Part shown: one piece after another, positions 21,542-30,057 of the stretch
Numbering within the stretch: the first letter of the stretch is position 1
How the letters are laid out: each line of letters starts with the position of its first letter
Assembly: GCA_052279835.1 (NCBI GenBank)
Contig: CP181291.1
Coordinates: forward strand, 4,384,001-4,448,000
Source of the DNA: Microcoleus sp.
Lineage (GTDB): Bacteria > Cyanobacteriota > Cyanobacteriia > Cyanobacteriales > Microcoleaceae
Length of the DNA stretch: 64,000 bases
Reading direction: 5' to 3'
The notes under the pieces: generated by a model
What the model was told of the DNA's origin: nothing
The model's database searches: none
Seen by the model: only the letters and a program-made list of their open reading frames with translations
Position numbers and translations under genes: made by a program

Positions 21542-22726
21542 CTAGGAGAAATGAAGCAAATCAACAATATGAGAAATAATACCAATATCTTTCCTGAGTA
21601 AATAATCTAGGCGATCGGCGATCAAACTCAAAATCAAATCATTATAAGTCATGTTATATTCCGCCAAACCAAGAGCAACTAAACTGGTCACATTTTCCGC
21701 AGGGCGTTTCAGATCCGGTTTGGGATTAGCTTCCAAAACATAAAGTTCCCCATGTTCATCGCACCTGACATCAATCCGCACCAAACTATTGAGACTAAAC
21801 TCCCAATAAATTTTTTGGGCTAATTCAATTAACTCCTGCTTTAATTGCGGTTCTTCTGGGCCAATCAACTTTCCGCGATCGGCAGTAATCGTTTTTTTGT
21901 CCATAGAAGTAAAGATTAATTCATCTGATTCCAAAACCCGTTCGATCGTGGAAAAAGCAAAGGGTTTTTGCTGTTTATAAAAACTGCCTTGAGCGTGAGT
22001 AACGTAGCCACAAACAGCAACACAAAACTCTCGTCCCGGTAAATATTTTTCAATCAAAGCAGTATTGTGAGTTGCCTGATGAACAGCAGAAACAGCTTTA
22101 GATAAACCATCAATTGTTTCGACAAAATGAACGTGCAACGAAGCTCGACCGGATACTGGCTTGACGATAAAAGGTCCAGAATAATCACCAAAAGCAACGG
22201 CAAAACGGTCTTGCAATTTTGGTTTCAATATTCCTTGAGAAGGATGCCAAATGATAAACGGAGCAGTTTTGATGCCAACGGATTGCAGTTCGCGTTTAAA
22301 GGCGTGCTTGTTATCTAAAATTGAGCTATTTAAAGGGTTGTGACCAATATAAGGCATTCCCAACATTTCTAACAAAGCGGGAGTGTGACAAACCGGATTG
22401 TATCCCTGAACGCCTCCGGTATTCATCCAGACTAAATGGATATTTTCTGCCTTAAGTTTTTCGGGCAAATTCAGATCATCAGGCATCATAAAAACCTGCT
22501 TGAATCCTACTTCTTTTAAGGAAGTGGCAATTTCTCTGGCTACCACTTCATAACTTTTCCAAGCGCGGGGATTGTGAGTTTTGTAAATCACAGATCCTGG
22601 TTTGTTGCAGTCGCCACCGAATACCACCGCAATCCGCAATTTTGTAAAAAATACTTCCAAATATTCAGGTAGCAGACTAAAGTTGTAAGGTCTGGGATTC
22701 ATACCGATTGATGATGTTGCAACCAT
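21542..22726 (-). CDS. ATP-grasp ligase, D-Ala-D-Ala ligase-like (non-canonical)
   Basis: IAVVFGG, LLEMLGMPYIG, FIVKPVSGRAS, LIEKYLPGREF, RIDVR..LYVLEANPKP. Confidence 0.8.
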   Translation of the reverse strand: MVATSSIGMNPRPYNFSLLPEYLEVFFTKLRIAVVFGGDCNKPGSVIYKTHNPRAWKSYEVVAREIATSLKEVGFKQVFMMPDDLNLPEKLKAENIHLVWMNTGGVQGYNPVCHTPALLEMLGMPYIGHNPLNSSILDNKHAFKRELQSVGIKTAPFIIWHPSQGILKPKLQDRFAVAFGDYSGPFIVKPVSGRASLHVHFVETIDGLSKAVSAVHQATHNTALIEKYLPGREFCVAVCGYVTHAQGSFYKQQKPFAFSTIERVLESDELIFTSMDKKTITADRGKLIGPEEPQLKQELIELAQKIYWEFSLNSLVRIDVRCDEHGELYVLEANPKPDLKRPAENVTSLVALGLAEYNMTYNDLILSLIADRLDYLLRKDIGIISHIVDLLHFS

Positions 22727-22752
22727 AATGTCTACTTTCTATTTGTCTAATT

Positions 22753-23835
22753 TTAGGTGTTTTGTTTTATATTTTTTTCCGCAGAATCGCTAGATTTTGC
22801 TATGTATATCCCAGCCAAAACTACAGAAAAAGCCAGCCAGTTAAACAAACTCAAATTTTCGGTAAAGAGTATCCAAGCTAATATAGCAGTAATCACAGGT
22901 TCTAACAGTAGGAAAATAGCCACAAAACCTGATGATAAACGGCCGAGACTGTGAATGAGCAGTCCTTGACCGAAAGCTTGGCAAATCACGGCTAGAGCAA
23001 TTACGGCTAGCCATCCTTGCCAAGAATAAGGGAAAATGCGATCGCCCGCCAGCAACACCAGTGGCAAAATCAAGAGACTGCCAATAAAACAGCGCCACAT
23101 TAATATAGTTGTCGCCGGGAACTTGGTCCGTAAATGTTCTGCTATCAGCAGATTTCCTGCATAGAACATTGCCGATAAAAGAGCAGCCAAATCGCCAGTC
23201 AGATTCTCTCCGGCAGTTTGTAAATCATCAAACCCGATGGCGATAGCCCCCGCCAAAGCTACTGCCATTCCGACTAAAAACCTGCGGTCAAAACGGCGGC
23301 CCAATAGCAGCCAACCTCCCAAAGTTGTAAACAAAGGAGTTAAGTTTCTCAGTACAGTAGAATTAGCGACATTCGTCCTCGTCAGAGACCAAGCCCAAAA
23401 ACCCAAGGAAGCCGAAGAAACTATACCTACCGCGATTAATAGCATCAAATCGCGGTAGGTATAGTTCGATCGCCCTTGAGGTTCTGCATCAGAGATGCGA
23501 CGGCGGGCTTCACCGACGCCATTCCAGACTGCAAACACCAAAGTTGCGATCCACAAACGGTTAAAAACAGTAGCATTAGCACTGATTTCCCCTTCGCTTA
23601 ACCGAATAAAAATGGCAGCAAAAGAGACAGCTAACAGCGCCGCCGACAGCGAAACTATCGCCCACAACTTCCCTTGAGTATCCTTTGGTGTATCGTTGTT
23701 AACATCATCATCCTGGTTTGCCAAAACAAGACTGGTTTTAGGTTGAGGTTTTAAGGCAGGATTTAAACCATTTACCTCTAATTTTTCCTGTTGTAGATCG
23801 ATATTTGTTTCTGGCATTTCCAGTTGTTTTGACAT
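22753..23835 (-). CDS. DMT/EamA family transporter
   Basis: About ten TM helices in two repeats; TGDLAALLSAMFYA, LLLEPV. Confidence 0.9.
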   Translation of the reverse strand: MSKQLEMPETNIDLQQEKLEVNGLNPALKPQPKTSLVLANQDDDVNNDTPKDTQGKLWAIVSLSAALLAVSFAAIFIRLSEGEISANATVFNRLWIATLVFAVWNGVGEARRRISDAEPQGRSNYTYRDLMLLIAVGIVSSASLGFWAWSLTRTNVANSTVLRNLTPLFTTLGGWLLLGRRFDRRFLVGMAVALAGAIAIGFDDLQTAGENLTGDLAALLSAMFYAGNLLIAEHLRTKFPATTILMWRCFIGSLLILPLVLLAGDRIFPYSWQGWLAVIALAVICQAFGQGLLIHSLGRLSSGFVAIFLLLEPVITAILAWILFTENLSLFNWLAFSVVLAGIYIAKSSDSAEKNIKQNT

Positions 23836-23892
23836 TTTCCTTCTTCCTGGTTCCTTGTTCCTTATTCCTTCTGCTATCACAGCAGTTTCGGA

Positions 23893-24387
23893 TCAAGGTT
23901 TAATAGAAAGTCTTGCAAAAGCATCCTTCAGCAGCGGTGGTAATTGGCGAATAATTTTACCCTTCTCGCCATCTACCGCCACCAAAGTTACCTGGGCTGT
24001 CGCATACAACTCCTCGCCGTCAGCCGAGCGAATTTCGTAGTCCCAAAGCAGCCGGACACCTTCACTAGCAGACATCCGCGTTTTGATGGCTACAGCTTGT
24101 CCCATCTGTGGGGCGCGGTGGTAGCGCACAGAAAGTTCCACCACGGGCAATTCTAAGCCCTGGGCCACCCAATCAGCATACTCAATGCCGATCGATCGCA
24201 AACTTTCGACGCGGGCTTCCTCCATCCAGGTAACATAAGTACCATGCCAAACGGCACCGCTGTAGTCAGTATGGTGAGGGTATACTCGCACCAAATATTC
24301 AAACCAGCCTCCAGATTCCATCGAAGATAGGCTTTGAATAGCGCCCACGGGTGGGAGTTTAGGTTGAGTTCGATCGTTCTCTAACAC
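23893..24387 (-). CDS. Acyl-CoA thioesterase (YbgC/4HBT family)
   Basis: VRVYPHHTDYSGAVWHGTYVTWMEEAR. Confidence 0.88.
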   Translation of the reverse strand: MLENDRTQPKLPPVGAIQSLSSMESGGWFEYLVRVYPHHTDYSGAVWHGTYVTWMEEARVESLRSIGIEYADWVAQGLELPVVELSVRYHRAPQMGQAVAIKTRMSASEGVRLLWDYEIRSADGEELYATAQVTLVAVDGEKGKIIRQLPPLLKDAFARLSIKP

Positions 24388-24637
24388 TTTACAAATCGTT
24401 CCAAAACGCTACATTTCTACAAATCATAAAGCAAACTTCAAGCTTATGCTTGACTTTAGCAAACTAGATTCCTCAACTCCGACTACCCGAAGGCAGAAGT
24501 GACCTATGCTGAAGGCACAAAGTCAAAATGTTGATATCTGATGTTTTGACTGCATCTGTAACTAACGAGTTCTGCCTTTGGGTGGCGAGTTCCACCTCGT
24601 ACACAAAAACTCAACTTTTTTCCACACAAAAGAAACC

Positions 24638-25489
24638 ATGATAGAAAAAATTTTAGTAGCGGTGGCTGGCCGCGGTCTGTGCGAAGAGATGTTTAATATG
24701 TTGATGGACATCCCTTCCTTGCAACAAACCTCTGTCACTGTCTTGCACGTCGTGCCACCTCAAGTAACATCGGACGGAATGGCCGACAAGTTAGAAGAAG
24801 GAGGCAAGATATTAGCACAAGCGGTTCAATCTTTAAAAATAGACCCTAGCAAAGTCAATCCCCGCCTCAAACAAGGAGACCCAAAAACGATTGTTTGCCA
24901 AGTGGCTGAAGAAGAACAATCTGACTTGGTAATCATGGGTTCGCGGGGGTTTGGCAGACTGCAATCTATTCTGGAAAATTCGGTCAGTCAGTATGTTTTC
25001 CAGCTCACATCCAGACCGATGCTATTAGTAAAAGACGATATTTACGTCAAAAAAATTAAGCGTGTTATGGTGGCGATCGACAAATCGGAATCCGCCAAAC
25101 AATCCTTGGATCTGGCCCTATCTTTAGTCAAGGATATTAATGGCGGACAACTAATTTTAGTCCACGTCACTAAAGATTTGACTGGAAAAGCGACGGAAGA
25201 TGTTACCGCAAGTGCTGAAAAAGACCCCGTATTAGCGCCCGCAGTAGCACTGGCGAAACAAATGGGAGTTAGCTACCGCTGCGTTAGTGCCACAGGCAAG
25301 CCTGGGGAAGCAATTTGTAGGTTTACAGATGAACTGAATGCTGACTTATTAGTAATTGGTTCACCGGATCGCCGTCCTAGTGTTGCCAAGTCCTTTGTCG
25401 ATCTCGATCGACTCCTAGGAAACTCTCTTTCCGACTACGTGCGAGTCTATGCCAATTGTCCCGTATTACTGGCTCGGACGAGAGGCTAA
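24638..25489 (+). CDS. Universal stress protein (tandem USP domains)
   Basis: KILVAV, GDPK, LVIMGSRG, second domain VMVAID..GKPG..LLVIGS..CPVLL. Confidence 0.92.
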   Translation: MIEKILVAVAGRGLCEEMFNMLMDIPSLQQTSVTVLHVVPPQVTSDGMADKLEEGGKILAQAVQSLKIDPSKVNPRLKQGDPKTIVCQVAEEEQSDLVIMGSRGFGRLQSILENSVSQYVFQLTSRPMLLVKDDIYVKKIKRVMVAIDKSESAKQSLDLALSLVKDINGGQLILVHVTKDLTGKATEDVTASAEKDPVLAPAVALAKQMGVSYRCVSATGKPGEAICRFTDELNADLLVIGSPDRRPSVAKSFVDLDRLLGNSLSDYVRVYANCPVLLARTRG

Positions 25490-25512
25490 ATTCAAAATCC
25501 CCAATCTAAAAC

Positions 25513-25632
25513 GGAGCATCCCGATGTTGTAAGGGCGAAGCATGACCGCAGACAATTTAGTAGCTCGCGCCAGAGATTTACAGCGGTCATGCTTCGCCCC
25601 TACGAATATATTTGCAAAACACAGATGCACCC
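25513..25632. repeat. REP-like inverted pair inside a ggagcatc/gatgcacc-bounded element
   Basis: gtaagggcgaagcatgaccgc (25529) / gcggtcatgcttcgcccctac (to 25603); a partial second copy lies at ~59137-59186. Confidence 0.75.
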
Positions 25633-25730
25633 ATCTAAAATCGGTATGAAAAATTAAAAAAGCGCCAAAGCAAAAAGCTATGGGCGCTTTTTTTCTAATA
25701 CACAAAGCTAGACAAAAATAGCAGAAATTA

Positions 25731-25844
25731 CTAATCTTTTCTGCCTTCGCGACTAGCTGTTTGAATGTACAGAATGATTAGAAAAACACTGGGAACCAGT
25801 ACAAATAGAATGGTTGCCACAAACCCTAGATCGTTAACTTCCAT
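25731..25844 (-). CDS. psbM: Photosystem II reaction centre protein M
   Basis: Not in ORF track; manual translation [37 protein letters not shown]. Confidence 0.95.
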   Translation of the reverse strand: MEVNDLGFVATILFVLVPSVFLIILYIQTASREGRKD

Positions 25845-26017
25845 GAAGACGCCAGCCTCTATCTAAAAAGTATGAAAATACACACAACTAGGATACCACT
25901 CAAAGGCAGAAGGCAGAGAAGGGGAGAGTGAAGGGGTAGGCACAGAAAGGCACTACCCCTACCCGATCCCTGTTTTTCGGAGAATGAAACAGCCGTGGGC
26001 CTAATTCCCAGTGGCAG

Positions 26018-26314
26018 TTATGGCTTGGTCTTGACGCTCACTGGGCCATTGACCAAAGCTTGACAAGCCAACCGATAGTTTTCGGGCTTTTTCTTGAGCT
26101 TGCGGTTCTCAAAGTCAGTGCGGGGGGAAAGATTTTCACTACCTTCGACAATTTCCACGATGCAAGTGCCACATTGACCGTAGCCTCCGCAATTCATCAT
26201 CTTTCCCGAAAAAGTGTACAAATCGATGCGGTTTTCTAGAGCTTTGAGCCTTAAATTGGCTCCGTCTGCTGCGATGACTTCCTGATTTTCCTTCACAAAC
26301 TTGATATTGCCCAT
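26018..26314 (-). CDS. 2Fe-2S ferredoxin-like protein
   Basis: [11 protein letters not shown]...RLACQ. Confidence 0.92.
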   Translation of the reverse strand: MGNIKFVKENQEVIAADGANLRLKALENRIDLYTFSGKMMNCGGYGQCGTCIVEIVEGSENLSPRTDFENRKLKKKPENYRLACQALVNGPVSVKTKP

Positions 26315-26429
26315 TACCGATTCCTTAACGCAGTGACTTGGTTCTCTATTACAAAATATTAACTATTGTATCGGACATTTAATCCCCGATCGCCTATTTT
26401 TCTGTTCGTCCCAGGAAAATGCCCCCAGC

Positions 26430-28286
26430 TCAAGGAGTTCTGGAGAGATTGTTACCAGGAAGATTGCTCACCGCCCGCTGGAGAGACGAAAGCGAGCGGT
26501 TGTAGCCAATAATTGCCAAAAGTCGGTTTCTTTGAGCCCTAGTCAAATCCGTTTCCGCCTGAATCACATCCGTCTGAGTTCCCACACCAGCTTGAAAGCG
26601 CAGTCTGGCCAAACGCAGGGCTTCGATCGACTGGGAAACCCCAGCCTCAGAAGTTGCGATATTCTCAAAACTAGACTCCAAGCCAAAATAAGCTTGTTCC
26701 ACTTCCCGGCGCACCTGGTTGCGGGTTTGATCGAATCTACTTTCGGCGATCGCAATATCAGCATCCCGCTGTTTCACCCTTGCCTTGGCTGCGCCGCCGT
26801 CAAAGATACTCCAAGTCAGACTTGCCTGGATGGCATAGCCGTCCGCCCAGCCGTGAGCGGCAAAGGGGTTAGGGTTCTCAGAGTTTTGCCCCTGCACGTT
26901 GTAACTACCCGAAACATTCAGTTGAGGCAAACGCCCGGCCAAAATCGATCGACGCTGCTGCTTGCTCAGATCCCTCTGTACCAACTGCTGTTCCAACTCA
27001 GCGCGATTTTTAAAAGCCTGCACGATACTTTCTTCTAAAGACAGCCTCCAAGAACCCGCTTGCTCCACCGGGTCCGCCGCCGTCAAGTTCGAGGACTGAC
27101 TGATATTTAAGAGCTCAGACAACTGACGCTGGCGGATGCGCTGATCGCGGCGGGCATTGGCTAGCTGCTGCTGTTCGTTAGCCAAATTTGCCTGGGCCTG
27201 CAAAACGGCAAAGCGAGTTCCTACTCCTGCCCGTTCCAGGGCTTCGGCATCCCGCAAACTTTGTTGAGCATTTCTCACCGATGCTTCGCGAATCGCCACT
27301 TGTCCGTCTGCATCTTGCAGGTTGTAGTAAGCATCAGTCACATCAAAGCGGAGTTGCTCGGTTTGGCGTTCCACTTCCAGTTCTCGCAAGCGCAACTGTT
27401 CCTGGGCCGCGCGGATGTTAGCACTTCGGCGGCCAAACAAATCAACGTCGTAGCTTAACTGCAAAGTGCTGTTGAGACTGTTACTCGCGAAATTTGGGGT
27501 GGCTTGGGCGGCCGGCCGTCCGGTTTGGTTTGCTTGAAAGTTGTTGATTCGCTGCTGACTCCGCACTTGGATTTCTCCACCGGCGCTCAAAGAGCGGGTC
27601 GCGTTCATTTGAAAATTGAGGTCTGGATATAAAGCTGCTTGTTGTTCCCGCACGGCTGCTTGAGTTTGTTGTAATTGCAGTTGAGAAATTTGCAGAGTTT
27701 GGCTGTTGCGACGGGCGAGGTCAACTGCTTGTTGCAAGCTAATGGACTGAGTTTCTTCAATCCTGACATCAAGAGGTTGAGTTGGAAACAACAGCGGATT
27801 GGGGTTGGGTTCCAGGGTTCTGGGAGGCTGGGTTTGTAATATGCCTTTGGGAGTTGGAGGGGGGAAACTTTCGCCCGGAGTATTGCTTGGTGGTGGTGTC
27901 AGGGAACTCGGTACTGGAATGATGTTCGGGTTTTGGGGGGAAGGTACGCCCTGGGCGATCGCAGTTGGTGCTGGTGTGGCACTTTCCACTGCAACTACTG
28001 GTGGAGTTTGGTCAGCATTTTGGGAATTAAAGCCTAGTGGCTGGGGATTAGCTGTCGCCCAGTTGTCCTGAGACTGATTTGAGGGGGAAAGGGCGATCGA
28101 CTCTAATGGTTGTTCTGGCGTTGTTTGCGATTCTAATTTAAGATTCTCTCCCACAGGTAGCTGATTACTTTGGGCCGAATTCTCCGGGGACTGAGCCGCA
28201 GACTGTGCAGCAGCACTGTGTCCCACATTGCCGAAAGTAATTGCAGCACCTACTCCTACTACCACGATTTGACGAAAAACACGCAT
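26430..28286 (-). CDS. TolC-family outer-membrane efflux protein
   Basis: Signal peptide, Pro-rich N-domain, two OEP repeats (LERAGVGTRF; ARLRFQAGVGTQTDV). Confidence 0.93.
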   Translation of the reverse strand: MRVFRQIVVVGVGAAITFGNVGHSAAAQSAAQSPENSAQSNQLPVGENLKLESQTTPEQPLESIALSPSNQSQDNWATANPQPLGFNSQNADQTPPVVAVESATPAPTAIAQGVPSPQNPNIIPVPSSLTPPPSNTPGESFPPPTPKGILQTQPPRTLEPNPNPLLFPTQPLDVRIEETQSISLQQAVDLARRNSQTLQISQLQLQQTQAAVREQQAALYPDLNFQMNATRSLSAGGEIQVRSQQRINNFQANQTGRPAAQATPNFASNSLNSTLQLSYDVDLFGRRSANIRAAQEQLRLRELEVERQTEQLRFDVTDAYYNLQDADGQVAIREASVRNAQQSLRDAEALERAGVGTRFAVLQAQANLANEQQQLANARRDQRIRQRQLSELLNISQSSNLTAADPVEQAGSWRLSLEESIVQAFKNRAELEQQLVQRDLSKQQRRSILAGRLPQLNVSGSYNVQGQNSENPNPFAAHGWADGYAIQASLTWSIFDGGAAKARVKQRDADIAIAESRFDQTRNQVRREVEQAYFGLESSFENIATSEAGVSQSIEALRLARLRFQAGVGTQTDVIQAETDLTRAQRNRLLAIIGYNRSLSSLQRAVSNLPGNNLSRTP

Positions 28287-28468
28287 AAATTTTAAATTAT
28301 TCTGCAATTCCAGAGACAATTTTTAAGCAAGACAGAGGTCTCTAATTTCAGTTTAAACTCAGAAGTCCCAGCTTAGAATAAGTGCCGAGGTGAGTACCTG
28401 CAAATTTCCCGATCGGCAAAACTGCTCTCACCATATCTCCATTCTGAAACTCAAAAAAGGTGTTACAC

Positions 28469-29875
28469 CTATTTTGTCTGTTGATTAGTCGATCGCACCT
28501 CAGCATTCACCAGACCGATCGCCACTGAGATTAGTTCCTCAACTCCTGTAACGGGGAAAATCTCCGTTTTCAGGACGCTAGCAAGCTCTAAGACGGTCAT
28601 GTCATCCAAAAAACGCGGTTCCCCTTGTTTTAGCATCACCGAGGGCAGTAAGATGCCATCTCCCAGGTCTTTTCCCTGCAAACCTGCGAGCAAGTCTTGG
28701 CCTGTCAGCAAACCTGTGACAGTAATTTTTTGCCCCCAATAGTCGCTACACAATGCTACCATCTTAACTTCCAAGCCGGGAATTTGATTGAGTCGTTGGG
28801 CGATCGGCTCAAAAGCTTTTTCCACAGCATTTCCGACTACCCAAATCAATTTGCGCGCCGAGTTAACTTGCAGCGGTTGCAGTTTAGCGAAAGCAGTTTC
28901 AAACTGTTGGATAAATTGGCGGATGGAACCCACACCATTACCAATTTGGGGATAATCTGCATAGTCAGAGGCGATCGGCAAATCTAAACCTGCAATTAAA
29001 AACCATTCATCAGCCAGCCAAATACAGCGCGATTTAGAATTCTGCTTTTTCCGTTTCTTTTCTCCTGTCTGTTCGCCACTTAATAATACTTGAATTTTCT
29101 GCACTTGCGCGATTACTTCTCGCGCTTTTTCAGGTGTGACAGCGATTAGTTCATCTTCGGCTGGACGAAACCGAGTTAAACCCACCGGCACCACAGCCAC
29201 CGATGCAACCGTGGGGATATTTCCCCTATGAAACTTTGCCAAATCTAACAAAGTCCGTTCTAAATGTTCGCCGTCATTAATGCCCGGACAAACAACAACT
29301 TGAGCGTGAATTTGTAGGCGACGTTCTTGAAACCATTTGATTTGTTCTAAAATTTTCCCAGCCCGGAGATTTTTCAGCAACCGAATTCGCACTTCTGGTT
29401 CCGTAGCGTGTACGGAAACATAGAGAGGAGAAAGTCGCATTTGTTCGATTCTGTCCCACTCTTTTTGAGTAAGATTTGTGAGAGTGAGATAGCTACCATA
29501 GAGAAAACTTAATCGATAGTCATCATCCTTGAGATAGAGAGTTTCGCGCTTTCCCGGTGGCTGTTGGTCGATGAAGCAGAAAGGACAGCGATTATTGCAC
29601 TGAATCAGTCCATCAAAAAGGGCTGTTTCAAATTCTAAACCTAAATCTTCGTCGTAATCTTTTTCGATTTCTAATTTGTGGATTTTGCCTTTGGTGTCTA
29701 ATACTTCTAGTTCGATAAATTCATCGGCGCACAGGAATTGATAGTCGATTAAATCGCGGGGTTTTTCACCGTTGATGGCAACGATTGAGTCACCGACATC
29801 AAATCCAATTTCGGCGGCGATGCTGTCGGGGATGACTTTGGTGATTCGGGCTGGCTTTGTTGATAATTCGCTCAT
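28469..29875 (-). CDS. TIGR03279-type radical SAM protein (PDZ + DUF512)
   Basis: CNNRCPFC, KDDDYRLSFLYG, VTGLLTGQD. Confidence 0.9.
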   Translation of the reverse strand: MSELSTKPARITKVIPDSIAAEIGFDVGDSIVAINGEKPRDLIDYQFLCADEFIELEVLDTKGKIHKLEIEKDYDEDLGLEFETALFDGLIQCNNRCPFCFIDQQPPGKRETLYLKDDDYRLSFLYGSYLTLTNLTQKEWDRIEQMRLSPLYVSVHATEPEVRIRLLKNLRAGKILEQIKWFQERRLQIHAQVVVCPGINDGEHLERTLLDLAKFHRGNIPTVASVAVVPVGLTRFRPAEDELIAVTPEKAREVIAQVQKIQVLLSGEQTGEKKRKKQNSKSRCIWLADEWFLIAGLDLPIASDYADYPQIGNGVGSIRQFIQQFETAFAKLQPLQVNSARKLIWVVGNAVEKAFEPIAQRLNQIPGLEVKMVALCSDYWGQKITVTGLLTGQDLLAGLQGKDLGDGILLPSVMLKQGEPRFLDDMTVLELASVLKTEIFPVTGVEELISVAIGLVNAEVRSTNQQTK

Positions 29876-30057
29876 AATTTTGCACGGGCTGGTTCAAGTT
29901 TGATAAATTATTTTTGAATTTATTTTTTTATTTTTTATTCTCAAATTTATCACAATTTAACTATTTTGTCAACCGCGCCATGCGGGAAAAAAATAGCCCT
30001 TAGTGAAGCGCGATCGACTGAAAATAGGCCAGCTTTCATCGTCGCCTATAAATTATT

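Noticed and set aside
21542..22726. Mycosporine ligase MysD
   Set aside because: No mysABC neighbours and the N-terminal motifs differ.
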